From the NCBI GenBank assembly GCA_963813155.1, contig CAWEYG010000003.1, positions 480,001-544,000 of the forward strand: DNA of 64,000 nucleotides, given 5' to 3'. Source of the stretch: an uncultured Acidobacteriota bacterium (GTDB taxonomy: Bacteria > Acidobacteriota > Thermoanaerobaculia > UBA5066 > DATFVB01). A program made the translations under genes and the position numbers. A model generated the notes under the pieces. The model was given only the letters and a program-made list of their open reading frames with translations, had not been told where the DNA came from and did not search any database. Positions 39,571 to 49,043 of this stretch are shown piece after piece; the stretch's first letter is position 1, and each line of letters starts with the position of its first letter.

Positions 39571-41237
39571 CCGCCGCGAGAACGAAATGGGCGGCCTGGA
39601 TCGCCTTCTTCCTTCCGCTCGTCGTCTACATCGCGCCGCACCGCTACAACCCAAGCGGCGACACCGCCCCCGCCGAGTTGCTGCCGGTCTCGATCCTCCG
39701 AGAGCACAACCTGGATTTCGACGAATTCGTGGACCACTCTCAGGAGCTCCCGTACTACTTCACGCTCGTCAAGGGACACGCCGTTTCCAGTTACCCAATT
39801 CTTCCCGGCATCCTCAACGTCCCAATCTTTGCGGCCGCAGACGCCGCCGGCGTGGACATCGTCGCCCGCAGACATCGCCTGTCGCTCCTCACCGCCGCCT
39901 GGATCACCTCCCTTTCAACGTTGTTTCTCTTTCTGGCGCTCCGGGAGGTTCTCGCGGAGGACCGGGCGGCCCTTGGATTCGCTCTCGCCTACGCGCTCGG
40001 AACCACCGCGTGGTCGATTGGCGGAATTACGCTGTTCCAGCACGGGGCGTCGCTGCTGTTTCTCTCGTTTTCGTTCTTTGCCCTGATTCGCAAGCGGGAC
40101 GCCATGGTCCCATGGGCGGGTCTCGCCCTGGGCCTCGCGGTGGCCGACCGGCCCACGAACATCGTCTTCGCGCTTCCCCTGGCGGTCTTCGTGGCGATCC
40201 ATCGGCGACGCCGGTTCCCGTGGTTTGCTCTTCTGGCGGGCGTACCCGCCGCGTTGGTCGGCGCTTATTCGCTTCGCTACTGGGGAACCCTTCGCACGTT
40301 CGGCCAACAGCAGGGCGGGTGGGGTTTCACGGGCAACCCGCTCCAGACGCTCCCCGGCCTTCTGATCAGTCCCGCTCGCGGGCTACTCCTCTTCAGCCCT
40401 TTCCTGGCCGTCGGACTCGCCTACGGCGCGAAGATCCTCTTTCGACGGCAGGAAGAGCCCGTCTACCGGTGGCTCTTCGCGTGCGTCGTCTCCCTTCTGC
40501 TGCTGTATTCCTGGTGGGGCACGTGGTGGGGCGGAAACTGCTATGGGTATCGCCTCATCACCGAGGCGGCGCCGGCGCTCGTCCTGCTCTCGGCCCTCGG
40601 CTGGCAGCGCTGGCTCGAGCCGTCGAAGTTCCTGCGGCTCGCCTTCCTCGCCCTCGTGGCTTTCTCCGTCTATGCCGAGAGCCTCGCGGTCTGGGCTTAT
40701 CCGGTCGAGTTCGAAGAAAACATCGATCGGGAGCCCGCCCGCCTGTGGGACCTGAGGGCCAGCCCGATTACGATCGGAAGCGCGCACCTGGCAAGGCGAC
40801 TCGGCATCGATGCGTCAGTACCTCGCGTGCAGCACACATCTCCCCCCGCCCCTCCGGCAACTCGGGTCCGCGCGTACAGCGTGTGGTGGTCACCCTGGAA
40901 AAACGACGACGCGATTCCGGGTTGGTATGACAGCCCGTTACCGAGGTCCGTCGTCCACGGACCCCTCGTTGTCGATGGGTGGGCCCGAGCGGAGAGTGGA
41001 AACGTTGACGTGCGCGTCATTCTCGATGACGGCGAACGGGTTGCGACCCCGGAACGGTATCCCAGGCCCGATGCCGGACGAGCGAATCCACGGCTCGGGG
41101 ATTGCAGTACGGCGGGCTTCCGAACGACATTCGCGCCGCCCAGGAAAGCCGGCCTTCACACCATCGATATCGAATTCCGATCGCCGGAAGGGCGAGCACG
41201 TCGCCTTCCGACGCTTAGGGTGATCTGGGGGCCTTGA
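39567..41237 (+). CDS. GT-C-like membrane protein with C-terminal Ig-like domain
   Basis: 'GDT.PA.LLP.SIL', 'S.YP', 'GLL.SP.RGLL.FSP', 'WWGG.CYGYR'. Confidence 0.7.
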   Translation: MTAARTKWAAWIAFFLPLVVYIAPHRYNPSGDTAPAELLPVSILREHNLDFDEFVDHSQELPYYFTLVKGHAVSSYPILPGILNVPIFAAADAAGVDIVARRHRLSLLTAAWITSLSTLFLFLALREVLAEDRAALGFALAYALGTTAWSIGGITLFQHGASLLFLSFSFFALIRKRDAMVPWAGLALGLAVADRPTNIVFALPLAVFVAIHRRRRFPWFALLAGVPAALVGAYSLRYWGTLRTFGQQQGGWGFTGNPLQTLPGLLISPARGLLLFSPFLAVGLAYGAKILFRRQEEPVYRWLFACVVSLLLLYSWWGTWWGGNCYGYRLITEAAPALVLLSALGWQRWLEPSKFLRLAFLALVAFSVYAESLAVWAYPVEFEENIDREPARLWDLRASPITIGSAHLARRLGIDASVPRVQHTSPPAPPATRVRAYSVWWSPWKNDDAIPGWYDSPLPRSVVHGPLVVDGWARAESGNVDVRVILDDGERVATPERYPRPDAGRANPRLGDCSTAGFRTTFAPPRKAGLHTIDIEFRSPEGRARRLPTLRVIWGP

Positions 41238-41442
41238 TTCCATCCGGTTCTCACGAACAACGGTGACAGGTTCGAAACCGGCCGTGAACGTTTCGGCTGG
41301 AAAGCATATTCTTGCCGAACGTTTCAAGGGACAGAACGAAAGGAAATTCGTGTTGCCAGAGGCCGACACAGGGACGCAGGGGTGAAATGACCCGCCGGTT
41401 CGAACTCTCAGGGGCCCTTCGTTTCGACTGGGAGTCCGGGCG

Positions 41443-42546
41443 ATGACCGCGAAGGAGATCTCCCGACTCCTCGCGTTCGCCTCCGTCTGGGCGGCCGGGC
41501 TCTTCCTGCTCGCATTCACGGCGATCCGAACCCTGCCCGACGTCAACGGTTTCGGCCGGCTGTGGGCCGGAAAGCCGGTCGAGATCTCGTCGCGCTATCC
41601 CCTCGCCCGATGGGATTCCTTCTGGTACGCCGGCATCGTGAAAAACGGTTACGAGGGCCGAGACGACGGCAACCTGCACAACGTCGTGTTCTATCCCCTG
41701 TACCCGCTGATCGTCGGCGCCGTCTCGGCGGCCTTCCATTGCGATCCCTTCGCGGCGGGTTCCGCCGTCTCGCTCGCGGCGCTCCTGGCTGCCGTCGTTC
41801 TCCTGGGTTCCCTCGCCCGGGAGGAGGGATTCGACGCGGACGCCACGGCGCGAGCCCTGCTCTGGTTTCCCACGGCATTTTTCTTCGCTTCCGTTTATAC
41901 GGAGTCCCTCTTTCTCCTCGTCACGGTCGCTTCCCTCCTGGCCGCCCGCCGGCGCCGGTACGTGATGGCCGCCCTGTGCGGCCTCCTCGCCGGGCTCTGC
42001 CGGCCCACCGGGTTCCTGCTGGCGATCCCGATCGCGTGGCCCCTTCTCGAGAAGCGGCCCCTTCGGCTCGACCGGCGCAGCGTTGCGATTCTCTTCGCCG
42101 CGCTCTCTCCACTTCTCGGCCTCGGGGCTTTTCTCGTTTTCGTTCGACTCCGCCTCGGCGACGCGATGCTCCCGTTCGAGATCCAGAAGTCGGGATGGCA
42201 CCACCATCTCTCCTGGCCGTGGCGGCCGATCCTCCGGGGATGGTTCTGGGCTCCCCGCCTTCGATTTCAGGTCGCCGCGACCCTGGCCTTCTTCGCGCTC
42301 GCCGCGCTTCTCTGGAAACGCCACAAGGGGTACTCGCTCTATGTCGCCGGGACGCTCCTGCTGGCCTGCACGTCCGGCACGGTCATGAGCGTGCCGCGCT
42401 TCGTTCTCGACCTCTTTCCCGCGTTTTTCCTGCTCGGAGAGCTCCTACGGAGGTCCCGCTTCGCCGAGTCCGTTTACGCGACCGCCGGGATTCTCGGGCT
42501 GGCGTATTGCACTTGCCGGTTCGTGGCCGGGCTGTGGATCGCGTGA
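41443..42546 (+). CDS. Mannosyltransferase family protein (PIG-V-like GT-C), copy 1
   Basis: RWDSFWY..I...GY, FYPLYP, FPTAFFF..VYTESLF, RPTG. Confidence 0.88.
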   Translation: MTAKEISRLLAFASVWAAGLFLLAFTAIRTLPDVNGFGRLWAGKPVEISSRYPLARWDSFWYAGIVKNGYEGRDDGNLHNVVFYPLYPLIVGAVSAAFHCDPFAAGSAVSLAALLAAVVLLGSLAREEGFDADATARALLWFPTAFFFASVYTESLFLLVTVASLLAARRRRYVMAALCGLLAGLCRPTGFLLAIPIAWPLLEKRPLRLDRRSVAILFAALSPLLGLGAFLVFVRLRLGDAMLPFEIQKSGWHHHLSWPWRPILRGWFWAPRLRFQVAATLAFFALAALLWKRHKGYSLYVAGTLLLACTSGTVMSVPRFVLDLFPAFFLLGELLRRSRFAESVYATAGILGLAYCTCRFVAGLWIA

Positions 42547-42556
42547 GAGCCATCCG

Positions 42557-43630
42557 ATGAGCCGCCCGACCCTTCTCTCGATCCTCGTGCTCGCGGCGGT
42601 CTGGGCCGCGGCCCTGTATCTGCTCGCCGATTTCGCTCCAACGACCTTTTCCGGCCGGCCCCCGATCCGGCAGCCGTCGACCGCATTTGCCCGCTGGGAT
42701 TCTCCCTGGTATGCGCGAATCGCGACGAGCGGTTACGAGGGCAGCTCGGACGGCCGGATGCACGACATCGCGTTTTTCCCGCTCTACCCTCTCGCGATCG
42801 CCGCGCTGTCCCGGTCGACCGGGCTCGCTCCCCTGCTCGCAGGCCAGATCGTCTCCCTGGCCGCGCTTGTCGGCGCCCTGGTTGTCCTGGCCCTTCTGGC
42901 TCGCGAGGAAGGATTCGACGAGCTCGCCACGGTTCGGGCGCTTCTCGCGTTCCCCACGGCGTTCTTCTTCCTCGCCGTTTACACCGAGGCTCTCTACCTC
43001 TTCGTGTCGGTGGCCTGCCTGCTCGCTGTCCGGCGCCGGAAATATGCGATTGCCGCACTGGCCGGATTCCTCGCCGGGATCTGCCGGCCGAACGGGTTTC
43101 TCCTGACCGTTCCCGTCGCCTGGGCGCTCTTCGAAGAGCGTTCTCCGTCTCCGGATCGCTCTCGCGCGGGGCCGTGGCTCGCGGCTGCGGCTCCGAGTGT
43201 CGGCCTTGCGGCCTTCCTTGCCTACAGCTGGGCGAAGCTGGGCGATCCCCTGCTTCCCGTCTCGATCCAGCGGAGCGGCTGGCACCATTCCCTCACATGG
43301 CCGTGGCGAACGCTGATCGGAGGCTGGTTCTGGAAGCCGCATCTCCGATTCGAAGTCATCCTGGTGCTGTTATTTTTCGCCGCAGCGGCGTTCTTGTGGA
43401 AGCGTTTCAAGGGATATTCGGCGTATTTAACCCTCGCGCTCCTCATGCTCTGTCTGTCCGGCCAGCTCTTCAGCGCCTCGCGGTACGTCCTCGTGCTCTT
43501 TCCCGCGTTCTTCTTGCTCGGAGATCTCTTCCGGAGGTTTCCCTGGGTCGAGTGGGCTTACGCGACCTGCTCCCTGCTCGGCCTCGGGTACCTCACGATC
43601 CGGTTCGCGCTCGGGTTCTGGGTCGCCTAG
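42557..43630 (+). CDS. Mannosyltransferase family protein (PIG-V-like GT-C), copy 2
   Basis: RWDSPWY..IA..GY, FFPLYP, FPTAFFF..VYTEALY, RPNG. Confidence 0.88.
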   Translation: MSRPTLLSILVLAAVWAAALYLLADFAPTTFSGRPPIRQPSTAFARWDSPWYARIATSGYEGSSDGRMHDIAFFPLYPLAIAALSRSTGLAPLLAGQIVSLAALVGALVVLALLAREEGFDELATVRALLAFPTAFFFLAVYTEALYLFVSVACLLAVRRRKYAIAALAGFLAGICRPNGFLLTVPVAWALFEERSPSPDRSRAGPWLAAAAPSVGLAAFLAYSWAKLGDPLLPVSIQRSGWHHSLTWPWRTLIGGWFWKPHLRFEVILVLLFFAAAAFLWKRFKGYSAYLTLALLMLCLSGQLFSASRYVLVLFPAFFLLGDLFRRFPWVEWAYATCSLLGLGYLTIRFALGFWVA

Positions 43631-43656
43631 CTCCCGAACACGACACGCGCCGAGGG

Positions 43657-43929
43657 TTAGCCGCGGCGGCGGCGGGCCAGCACTGCATTGAGGATTTGCT
43701 GCACCTGATAGAGCCGCTGGAGCTTCCGGTTGCGCTTCTGAACGGCTTCGATGTCGTTGGGCGGCGCGGCCGTGCCCCGGACCTCGCGGGTGAACTTCTC
43801 GAGCTCCGCGGAGAAGCCCTGGAGGTCGGCGACCTGAAATTTTTTGAAAGTGTGCTCCGACACGATGATGTATCCCTCGGCGACATCCTTGACCATCGCC
43901 ATCGCGGACCCGCCGACGAAAACGCTCAT
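43657..43929 (-). CDS. Small hypothetical protein
   Basis: Protein-like composition; TAAGAT -10 box 6 nt before the ATG. Confidence 0.7.
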   Translation of the reverse strand: MSVFVGGSAMAMVKDVAEGYIIVSEHTFKKFQVADLQGFSAELEKFTREVRGTAAPPNDIEAVQKRNRKLQRLYQVQQILNAVLARRRRG

Positions 43930-44021
43930 CCCGGAATCTTAACCGACCCCCGAAGGCCGCGCGGCCCCATGCTAAACTTCTGCAAAGTAAATTCGTACAA
44001 GAGGATGGAGGGATTGTCCTG

Positions 44022-44612
44022 ATGCTCGCATGCGGCCTCATTCCCCTCGGCCTGGCCCTGGTCCTGGTCTTCTGGGTGATCGGGAAGTACAACGGCCTCG
44101 TCACCCTAAGAAACCAGGTCGCCAACGCCTGGAAGCAGATCGACATCCAGCTCAAGCGTCGATACGACCTCATCCCGAACCTCGTTTCCGCCGTCAAGGG
44201 GGAGATGAAGTTCGAGCAGGACACCCTGGAGAAAGTGATCGCGGCGCGGAACCAGGCGGTCGCGGCATCGCAGAACCCGGGCGTCGGGGTCGCCGCCCAG
44301 GCCCAGTCGGAAAATGCGCTCTCGGCCACCCTCTCCCGCTTCATCGGCCTGGTCGAGAACTACCCGAACCTCAAGGCGAACGAACAGGTCCGAGCCCTCA
44401 TGGAGGAGCTGACCTCGACTGAGAACAAGATCGGGTTCGCCCGCCAGTTCTACAACGACCTCGCGACGAACTACAACATCTCTCAGCAGGTCTTCCCGGC
44501 GAGCTTCATCGCGAGCACGTTCCACTTCACCCCGGTCGAACTGTTCCAGATTCCCGAGGGAGAAGCGGCGCAGCGGGAAGTCCCGAAGGTCGATCTCAAC
44601 CTGGGATCGTGA
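44022..44612 (+). CDS. lemA: LemA family protein
   Basis: 'YN.LV.LRN.V.NAW.QID.QLKRR.DLIPNLV', 'ENYPNLKAN', 'TENKI.FARQFYN'. Confidence 0.95.
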   Translation: MLACGLIPLGLALVLVFWVIGKYNGLVTLRNQVANAWKQIDIQLKRRYDLIPNLVSAVKGEMKFEQDTLEKVIAARNQAVAASQNPGVGVAAQAQSENALSATLSRFIGLVENYPNLKANEQVRALMEELTSTENKIGFARQFYNDLATNYNISQQVFPASFIASTFHFTPVELFQIPEGEAAQREVPKVDLNLGS

Positions 44613-45556
44613 TCTCCAAGACCCTTTACGACCGCCAGAAGGAGAACCGGTCCAGGACGTTCGTCCTGATCGGCTTCTTCATCGTCTTCCTCGGATTCCT
44701 GGGCGCCGGCCTCGATTTCGCGTTCGTCGGCCGCCAGACCGGCCTCCCCATCGCCACGCTCGGCGCGATCGCGATCGGCGCGTTCTCCGCCTACTGGAGC
44801 CTCCACGGCGGAGACCAGGCGATTCTCGCGTCCACCCGCGCGCGGCCCCTCGACCCCTCGAATGGCCCGGAGAAAGCCTTCGACGACGTTCTGGAGGAGA
44901 TGTCGATCGCGTCCGGGATGCCGAAGCCGAAAGGCTACGTGATTCCCGATCCCGATCCCAACGCGTTTGCGACCGGCGCCGACCCGGAGCACGCTTCGAT
45001 CGCGGTGACGGAGGGTCTCCTCGCGCTCATGAACCGGGAAGAGCTTCAGGGCGTCGTCTCCCACGAAATGTCCCACGTCAAGGACTACGACACCCGCTAC
45101 ATGACCGTTCTCGCCGCGCTGGCCGGGGCGGTCCTGCTCCTGTCCGCATGGAGCCGCAGCGCCCTGTGGTGGGGCGGCGGACGGCGGCGCAGCGACGACC
45201 GCGAAGGCGGAGGGGGCGGTATCCTCGTGTTGCTCGTGTGGATCGTCGCGGCCGTCCTCGCGCCCCTGATCGCGCAACTCGTCACGCTCGCCGTCTCGAG
45301 GCAGCGCGAATATCTCGCCGATGCGACCGGCGCGGAGCTCACGCGCAACCCTCTGGCCCTCGCCTCGGCGCTCCAGAAAATCGGATCCGCGTCCGAGCCC
45401 ACCCGAACCATCACGGAAGGAGTCGGCCACCTCTGCATCGAAGATCCCCGCGGCCGCCCATTGAACGGCAGCGAATCCTCCCTCGCGAGCTGGTTCTCGA
45501 CGCACCCGCCGATTCAGAAGAGAATCGAGATCCTGCGGGCGATGGCACACGCGTAG
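44609..45556 (+). CDS. htpX: M48 family metallopeptidase (HtpX-like)
   Basis: PNAFATG, HEMSH, SRQREYLADA, STHPP. Confidence 0.9.
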   Translation: MISKTLYDRQKENRSRTFVLIGFFIVFLGFLGAGLDFAFVGRQTGLPIATLGAIAIGAFSAYWSLHGGDQAILASTRARPLDPSNGPEKAFDDVLEEMSIASGMPKPKGYVIPDPDPNAFATGADPEHASIAVTEGLLALMNREELQGVVSHEMSHVKDYDTRYMTVLAALAGAVLLLSAWSRSALWWGGGRRRSDDREGGGGGILVLLVWIVAAVLAPLIAQLVTLAVSRQREYLADATGAELTRNPLALASALQKIGSASEPTRTITEGVGHLCIEDPRGRPLNGSESSLASWFSTHPPIQKRIEILRAMAHA

Positions 45557-45611
45557 GGCCTCGCCCCGGCTCACGCAGCGGCCGCAGCCTTTCGGGTAGA
45601 ATCGACGCCGA

Positions 45612-46223
45612 ATGAGCACGCAACTCAAGAACGGACAGCCCGTTCCGGGCCTGAACGACGCAGCAAAGGTCGACGAGATCCGCGGCCACGTCCGCTCGAT
45701 CATCGAGATTCTCGGCCTCGATCCGGAGACCGATCCCAACCTCCGCGAGACGGACCGGCGCGTCGCGAAGATGTACCTGGAGATGTTTTCCGGGCTCTCG
45801 GAGGGCGCCGAGCCGGACATCACGTGTTTTCCGAACGAGGAGAACTACAGCTCCATGGTGATGGAGAAGGAGATCCCGTTCTACTCGCTGTGCTCGCACC
45901 ACTTCGTCCCGTTCTACGGCCACGCCCACATCGCCTACATTCCAAACGAGCGAATCGTCGGACTGTCGAAGATGCCCCGGATCCTCGAGTTCTACGCAAA
46001 GCGCCCGCAGCTCCAGGAGAGGCTGACCGAACAGATCGCCGGATACCTCGAGAGCCGGCTGAAACCCCAGGGAACCATGGTCGTTCTCGAAGCCCGTCAT
46101 CTCTGCGTCGAGATGCGCGGAGTCAAGAAGCCGGGAGCCGTCACCGTCACGTCCGCGATCCGCGGGATCTTCCTGAACAAGCCGGTCCGCGAGGAGTTCC
46201 TCGACCTCCTGAAGCGCCGCTAG
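45612..46223 (+). CDS. folE: GTP cyclohydrolase I
   Basis: SLCSHHFVPFYG, GLSK, RPQLQERLT, HLCVEMRGV. Confidence 0.96.
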   Translation: MSTQLKNGQPVPGLNDAAKVDEIRGHVRSIIEILGLDPETDPNLRETDRRVAKMYLEMFSGLSEGAEPDITCFPNEENYSSMVMEKEIPFYSLCSHHFVPFYGHAHIAYIPNERIVGLSKMPRILEFYAKRPQLQERLTEQIAGYLESRLKPQGTMVVLEARHLCVEMRGVKKPGAVTVTSAIRGIFLNKPVREEFLDLLKRR

Positions 46224-46969
46224 GGCGCGAACCGCTCGCGCAGCTCCCCCATCAGCTTCAGCCCTTGCCGCGTCCGCGCGCCGTGCCAGCAGCAGTCGTC
46301 GCCGTCCACGAGCTCGATCCGCATGGACTTCCCGAACGCCGCCTCGATCGCAGGGATGTGCTTTTCCGTGAAGGGGTACGGCTCGGATGAAAAGAACATC
46401 ACGTCGGGCCGTGCGGCAAGCACCCCTGCAGGAGTCACTTCGGGATAGCGGGACGTCGATTCCGCAAAGACGTTGACGCCGCCCGCGTACCGAAACAGGT
46501 CGCTGATGTACGTATCCCCGGAGACGGACATCCAGGGGTCCTTCCATATGAAATACGCGTATCGAAACCGCGGCGCGAGCTCGGCGGCGAGACGCCGTCG
46601 CGCCGATTCGATCTCGTCCGCCATCGCGTCGCCCGCTCCCGGTTCCCCGGCGTGAACGGCCAGCTCACGAACGTGGGGGGGAACTTCGGCGACGGTTCGC
46701 GGGAGGGAGACGTGCACCTGAAACCGCTCCGCCAGCGCTTCCACGTCCTCTTTCCGGTTCTCTTCCCCGTTCGCGAAGATCGCATCGGGGGCGAGGCGTT
46801 CGATCGCCGGGAGATCGATCGTCTTGGTTCCTCCAACCTTCGTCAGCGAACGGACGAGGTCCCGGGGCCGCGTGCAGTAACGCGTCGCTCCGACGAGACG
46901 GCCGCCGAGGCCGATCCCGGCGAGCGTTTCCGTCAGGGACGGACAAAGCGAAATCAAACGGGACGCCAT
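46220..46969 (-). CDS. Helical-backbone metal receptor (BtuF-like), no signal peptide
   Basis: 'R.ISLCPSLTE', 'T.YC..P', 'VGGTK', 'EEN', 'SSEPYPF', 'VDG...W.G.R'. Confidence 0.85.
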   Translation of the reverse strand: MASRLISLCPSLTETLAGIGLGGRLVGATRYCTRPRDLVRSLTKVGGTKTIDLPAIERLAPDAIFANGEENRKEDVEALAERFQVHVSLPRTVAEVPPHVRELAVHAGEPGAGDAMADEIESARRRLAAELAPRFRYAYFIWKDPWMSVSGDTYISDLFRYAGGVNVFAESTSRYPEVTPAGVLAARPDVMFFSSEPYPFTEKHIPAIEAAFGKSMRIELVDGDDCCWHGARTRQGLKLMGELRERFAP

Positions 46970-46979
46970 CGGTCCCGGC

Positions 46980-48492
46980 TCAGGAGAACGTCGTCGGGAG
47001 GCCGGCGTTGCGGAACATTCCCAGAAGCCCGCTCTTGTCCGTTGCCTTGATCCACGCTTCTTTCGGTTCCACGACCTTATCCCTCACGAGGGCAAAGAGC
47101 GAGTCGTTCATTGTGACCATGCCGGCGGCCTTCGACGTCTGCATGACCGACGCAATCTGGAACGTTTTCGCCTCGCGGATGAGACTCGAGACCGCATGGT
47201 TTGAAAGCAGGATCTCCAGCGCCGCCACGCGCCCGCCCCCGATCCGGCGACACAGGACCTGGGCAATGACACCCTTGAGCGCCTCGGCGAGCATCGTCCG
47301 GATTTGCTCCTGCTGGTTCGTCGGAAACTGGTCGATGATCCGGTCGACGGTCGAGATTGCCGTCGTCGTGTGCAGCGTGCCCAACACGAGGTGTCCGGTC
47401 TCCGCCGTTTCGATCGCGATCGCGATCGTCTCGAGGTCTCTCATCTCCCCGACCAGAACAATGTCCGGGTCCTCGCGCAGCGCGGCCCGGAGGGCGCTCT
47501 TGAACGACTGCGTGTGCGAGCCGACCTCGCGCTGGTTGACGAGACACCGCTGGTTCGAATGCACGAACTCGATGGGATCTTCGATCGTGATGATGTGGTC
47601 GGACCGGTTCTGGTTGATGTGATTCACCATCGACGCGAGCGTCGTCGACTTTCCCGACCCCGTCGGCCCGGTCACCAGAACGAGGCCCTTCGAAAGAAAA
47701 CAGAGATCCAGCACCGCCTTCGGGAGGCCGAGCTGCTCGACGGACTGGATGTCGAGCGGGATCTGGCGGAATACCGCGCCCACTCCGCCCCGGTCGCGGA
47801 AGGCGTTCACCCGGAATCTCGCGAGACCCTGGACCTCGTAGGCAAAGTCCGCGTCGTTCGATGCCTCGTAATCGCCCCGCGAGGCCTCCGAAAAGATCGG
47901 ATCGATCAGGGCGTGAACCGCCTCGGAGGTCAGCACTCCCCTTTCCTCGAGGAACATCATCTCGCCGTGGACGCGCAGAACAGGAACCGATCCGGCGGTC
48001 AGGTGGAGGTCCGAGGCCGCGCGTCCGATCATGATCGCGAGCAGCTCGTCGATCGGGTGGACGTTCGCGGAACGCGGCACCGAGGGAGGCGGCACGGCCG
48101 CGGGACGCGCCGTCGCGGCTGAAGGAGGCGGCGCGCCGCGGGAGGCCGGCCGCGCGGGCGCGGTCGCCGGATCGCCGCGAGGCGCTTCCGCAGCCGTTCT
48201 TCCGGAGATCCTCCGGACGCGGATCGACGGTCCCGGCCGCCTTTCGGGAGATCTCAATTTCGAAGTCTTCGCCCCCCGCGGACCACCGGACGGGGCTGGC
48301 CCCTCCCGCGCCGGCAGGAGAGGCCAGGACCTCCGAAGCGACGCCCTCGACCGCCGTGACGGAGAGGGCCTCGCGCCCGAGGTCGAGGCGCTGTCCCTGT
48401 CGCTGGACGAAGATCTTCTCGCCCGGAACGAGAAACATGTCGTCGCCGCCGGAACGGACGAGAGCATCCAGCAGCGGCACGAGCAGCGACAT
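46980..48492 (-). CDS. pilT: PilT/PilU-family ATPase with extra N-terminal domain (frameshift near 48200-48250)
   Basis: ASDLHL, GPTGSGKSTT, TIEDPIEF, LREDPD, GHLVLGTLHT, LIRE. Confidence 0.9.
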
Positions 48493-48959
48493 CAGACTTC
48501 GATCCGCGTCACGCGGTCCTTCCGAACGAGATAGACGGCATCGGAGCTTTCGATCGGGACGAATCTGCCGGCCTGATTGAACGCATCCGAAACGCGAGAC
48601 GACCCGGCGGGCAGGTTGGAAGAGAGTGCGCCCTCGACGCAGGCTCCGTTTTCCAGATACACCCGAACGACATAGACGTTCGCGATCACGTGGCCGGGAA
48701 GCCGGGAGAGCAGCGGCGCCTCCGGCGAGGCCTTCGCGACGAGGATCGAGTCGGAGCCCAGGAGCAGGAACGATCCCCCGCTGCGCACCGGCAGAAACGA
48801 GCGCGCGGCATTCAGGAACTCATCCAGGGTCTCCGGGCCGTCATGCCGCGGCGAGTTCGGCGCCAGAAACACCGTGCCCTCCAGGCGGCTGCCGTCCGAG
48901 ACCGTGAAGTCGACTTCGAGCGGAAGGATCGGAACGCGGATTTCGTCTTCGTCGGACAT
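48492..48959 (-). CDS. Hypothetical protein with two tandem DUF6812-like beta domains
   Basis: Two 'V....(D/N)G..(L/V)EG ... (L/V).(E/D).(L/F)N....F(L/V)P(V/I)' units. Confidence 0.7.
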   Translation of the reverse strand: MSDEDEIRVPILPLEVDFTVSDGSRLEGTVFLAPNSPRHDGPETLDEFLNAARSFLPVRSGGSFLLLGSDSILVAKASPEAPLLSRLPGHVIANVYVVRVYLENGACVEGALSSNLPAGSSRVSDAFNQAGRFVPIESSDAVYLVRKDRVTRIEV

Positions 48960-49043
48960 GTCTCGTTTTCCGACATCATACCGAAACGAAAACGCCCGGC
49001 CGGAGCCGGGCGCGAAATTCTCGGATTGGCCGACCCGCAACCC

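Noticed and set aside
41340-41425. Canonical glycine, c-di-GMP-I or c-di-AMP riboswitch
   Set aside because: Only isolated sub-motifs match and core nucleotides are missing; kept only as an unclassified structured leader.
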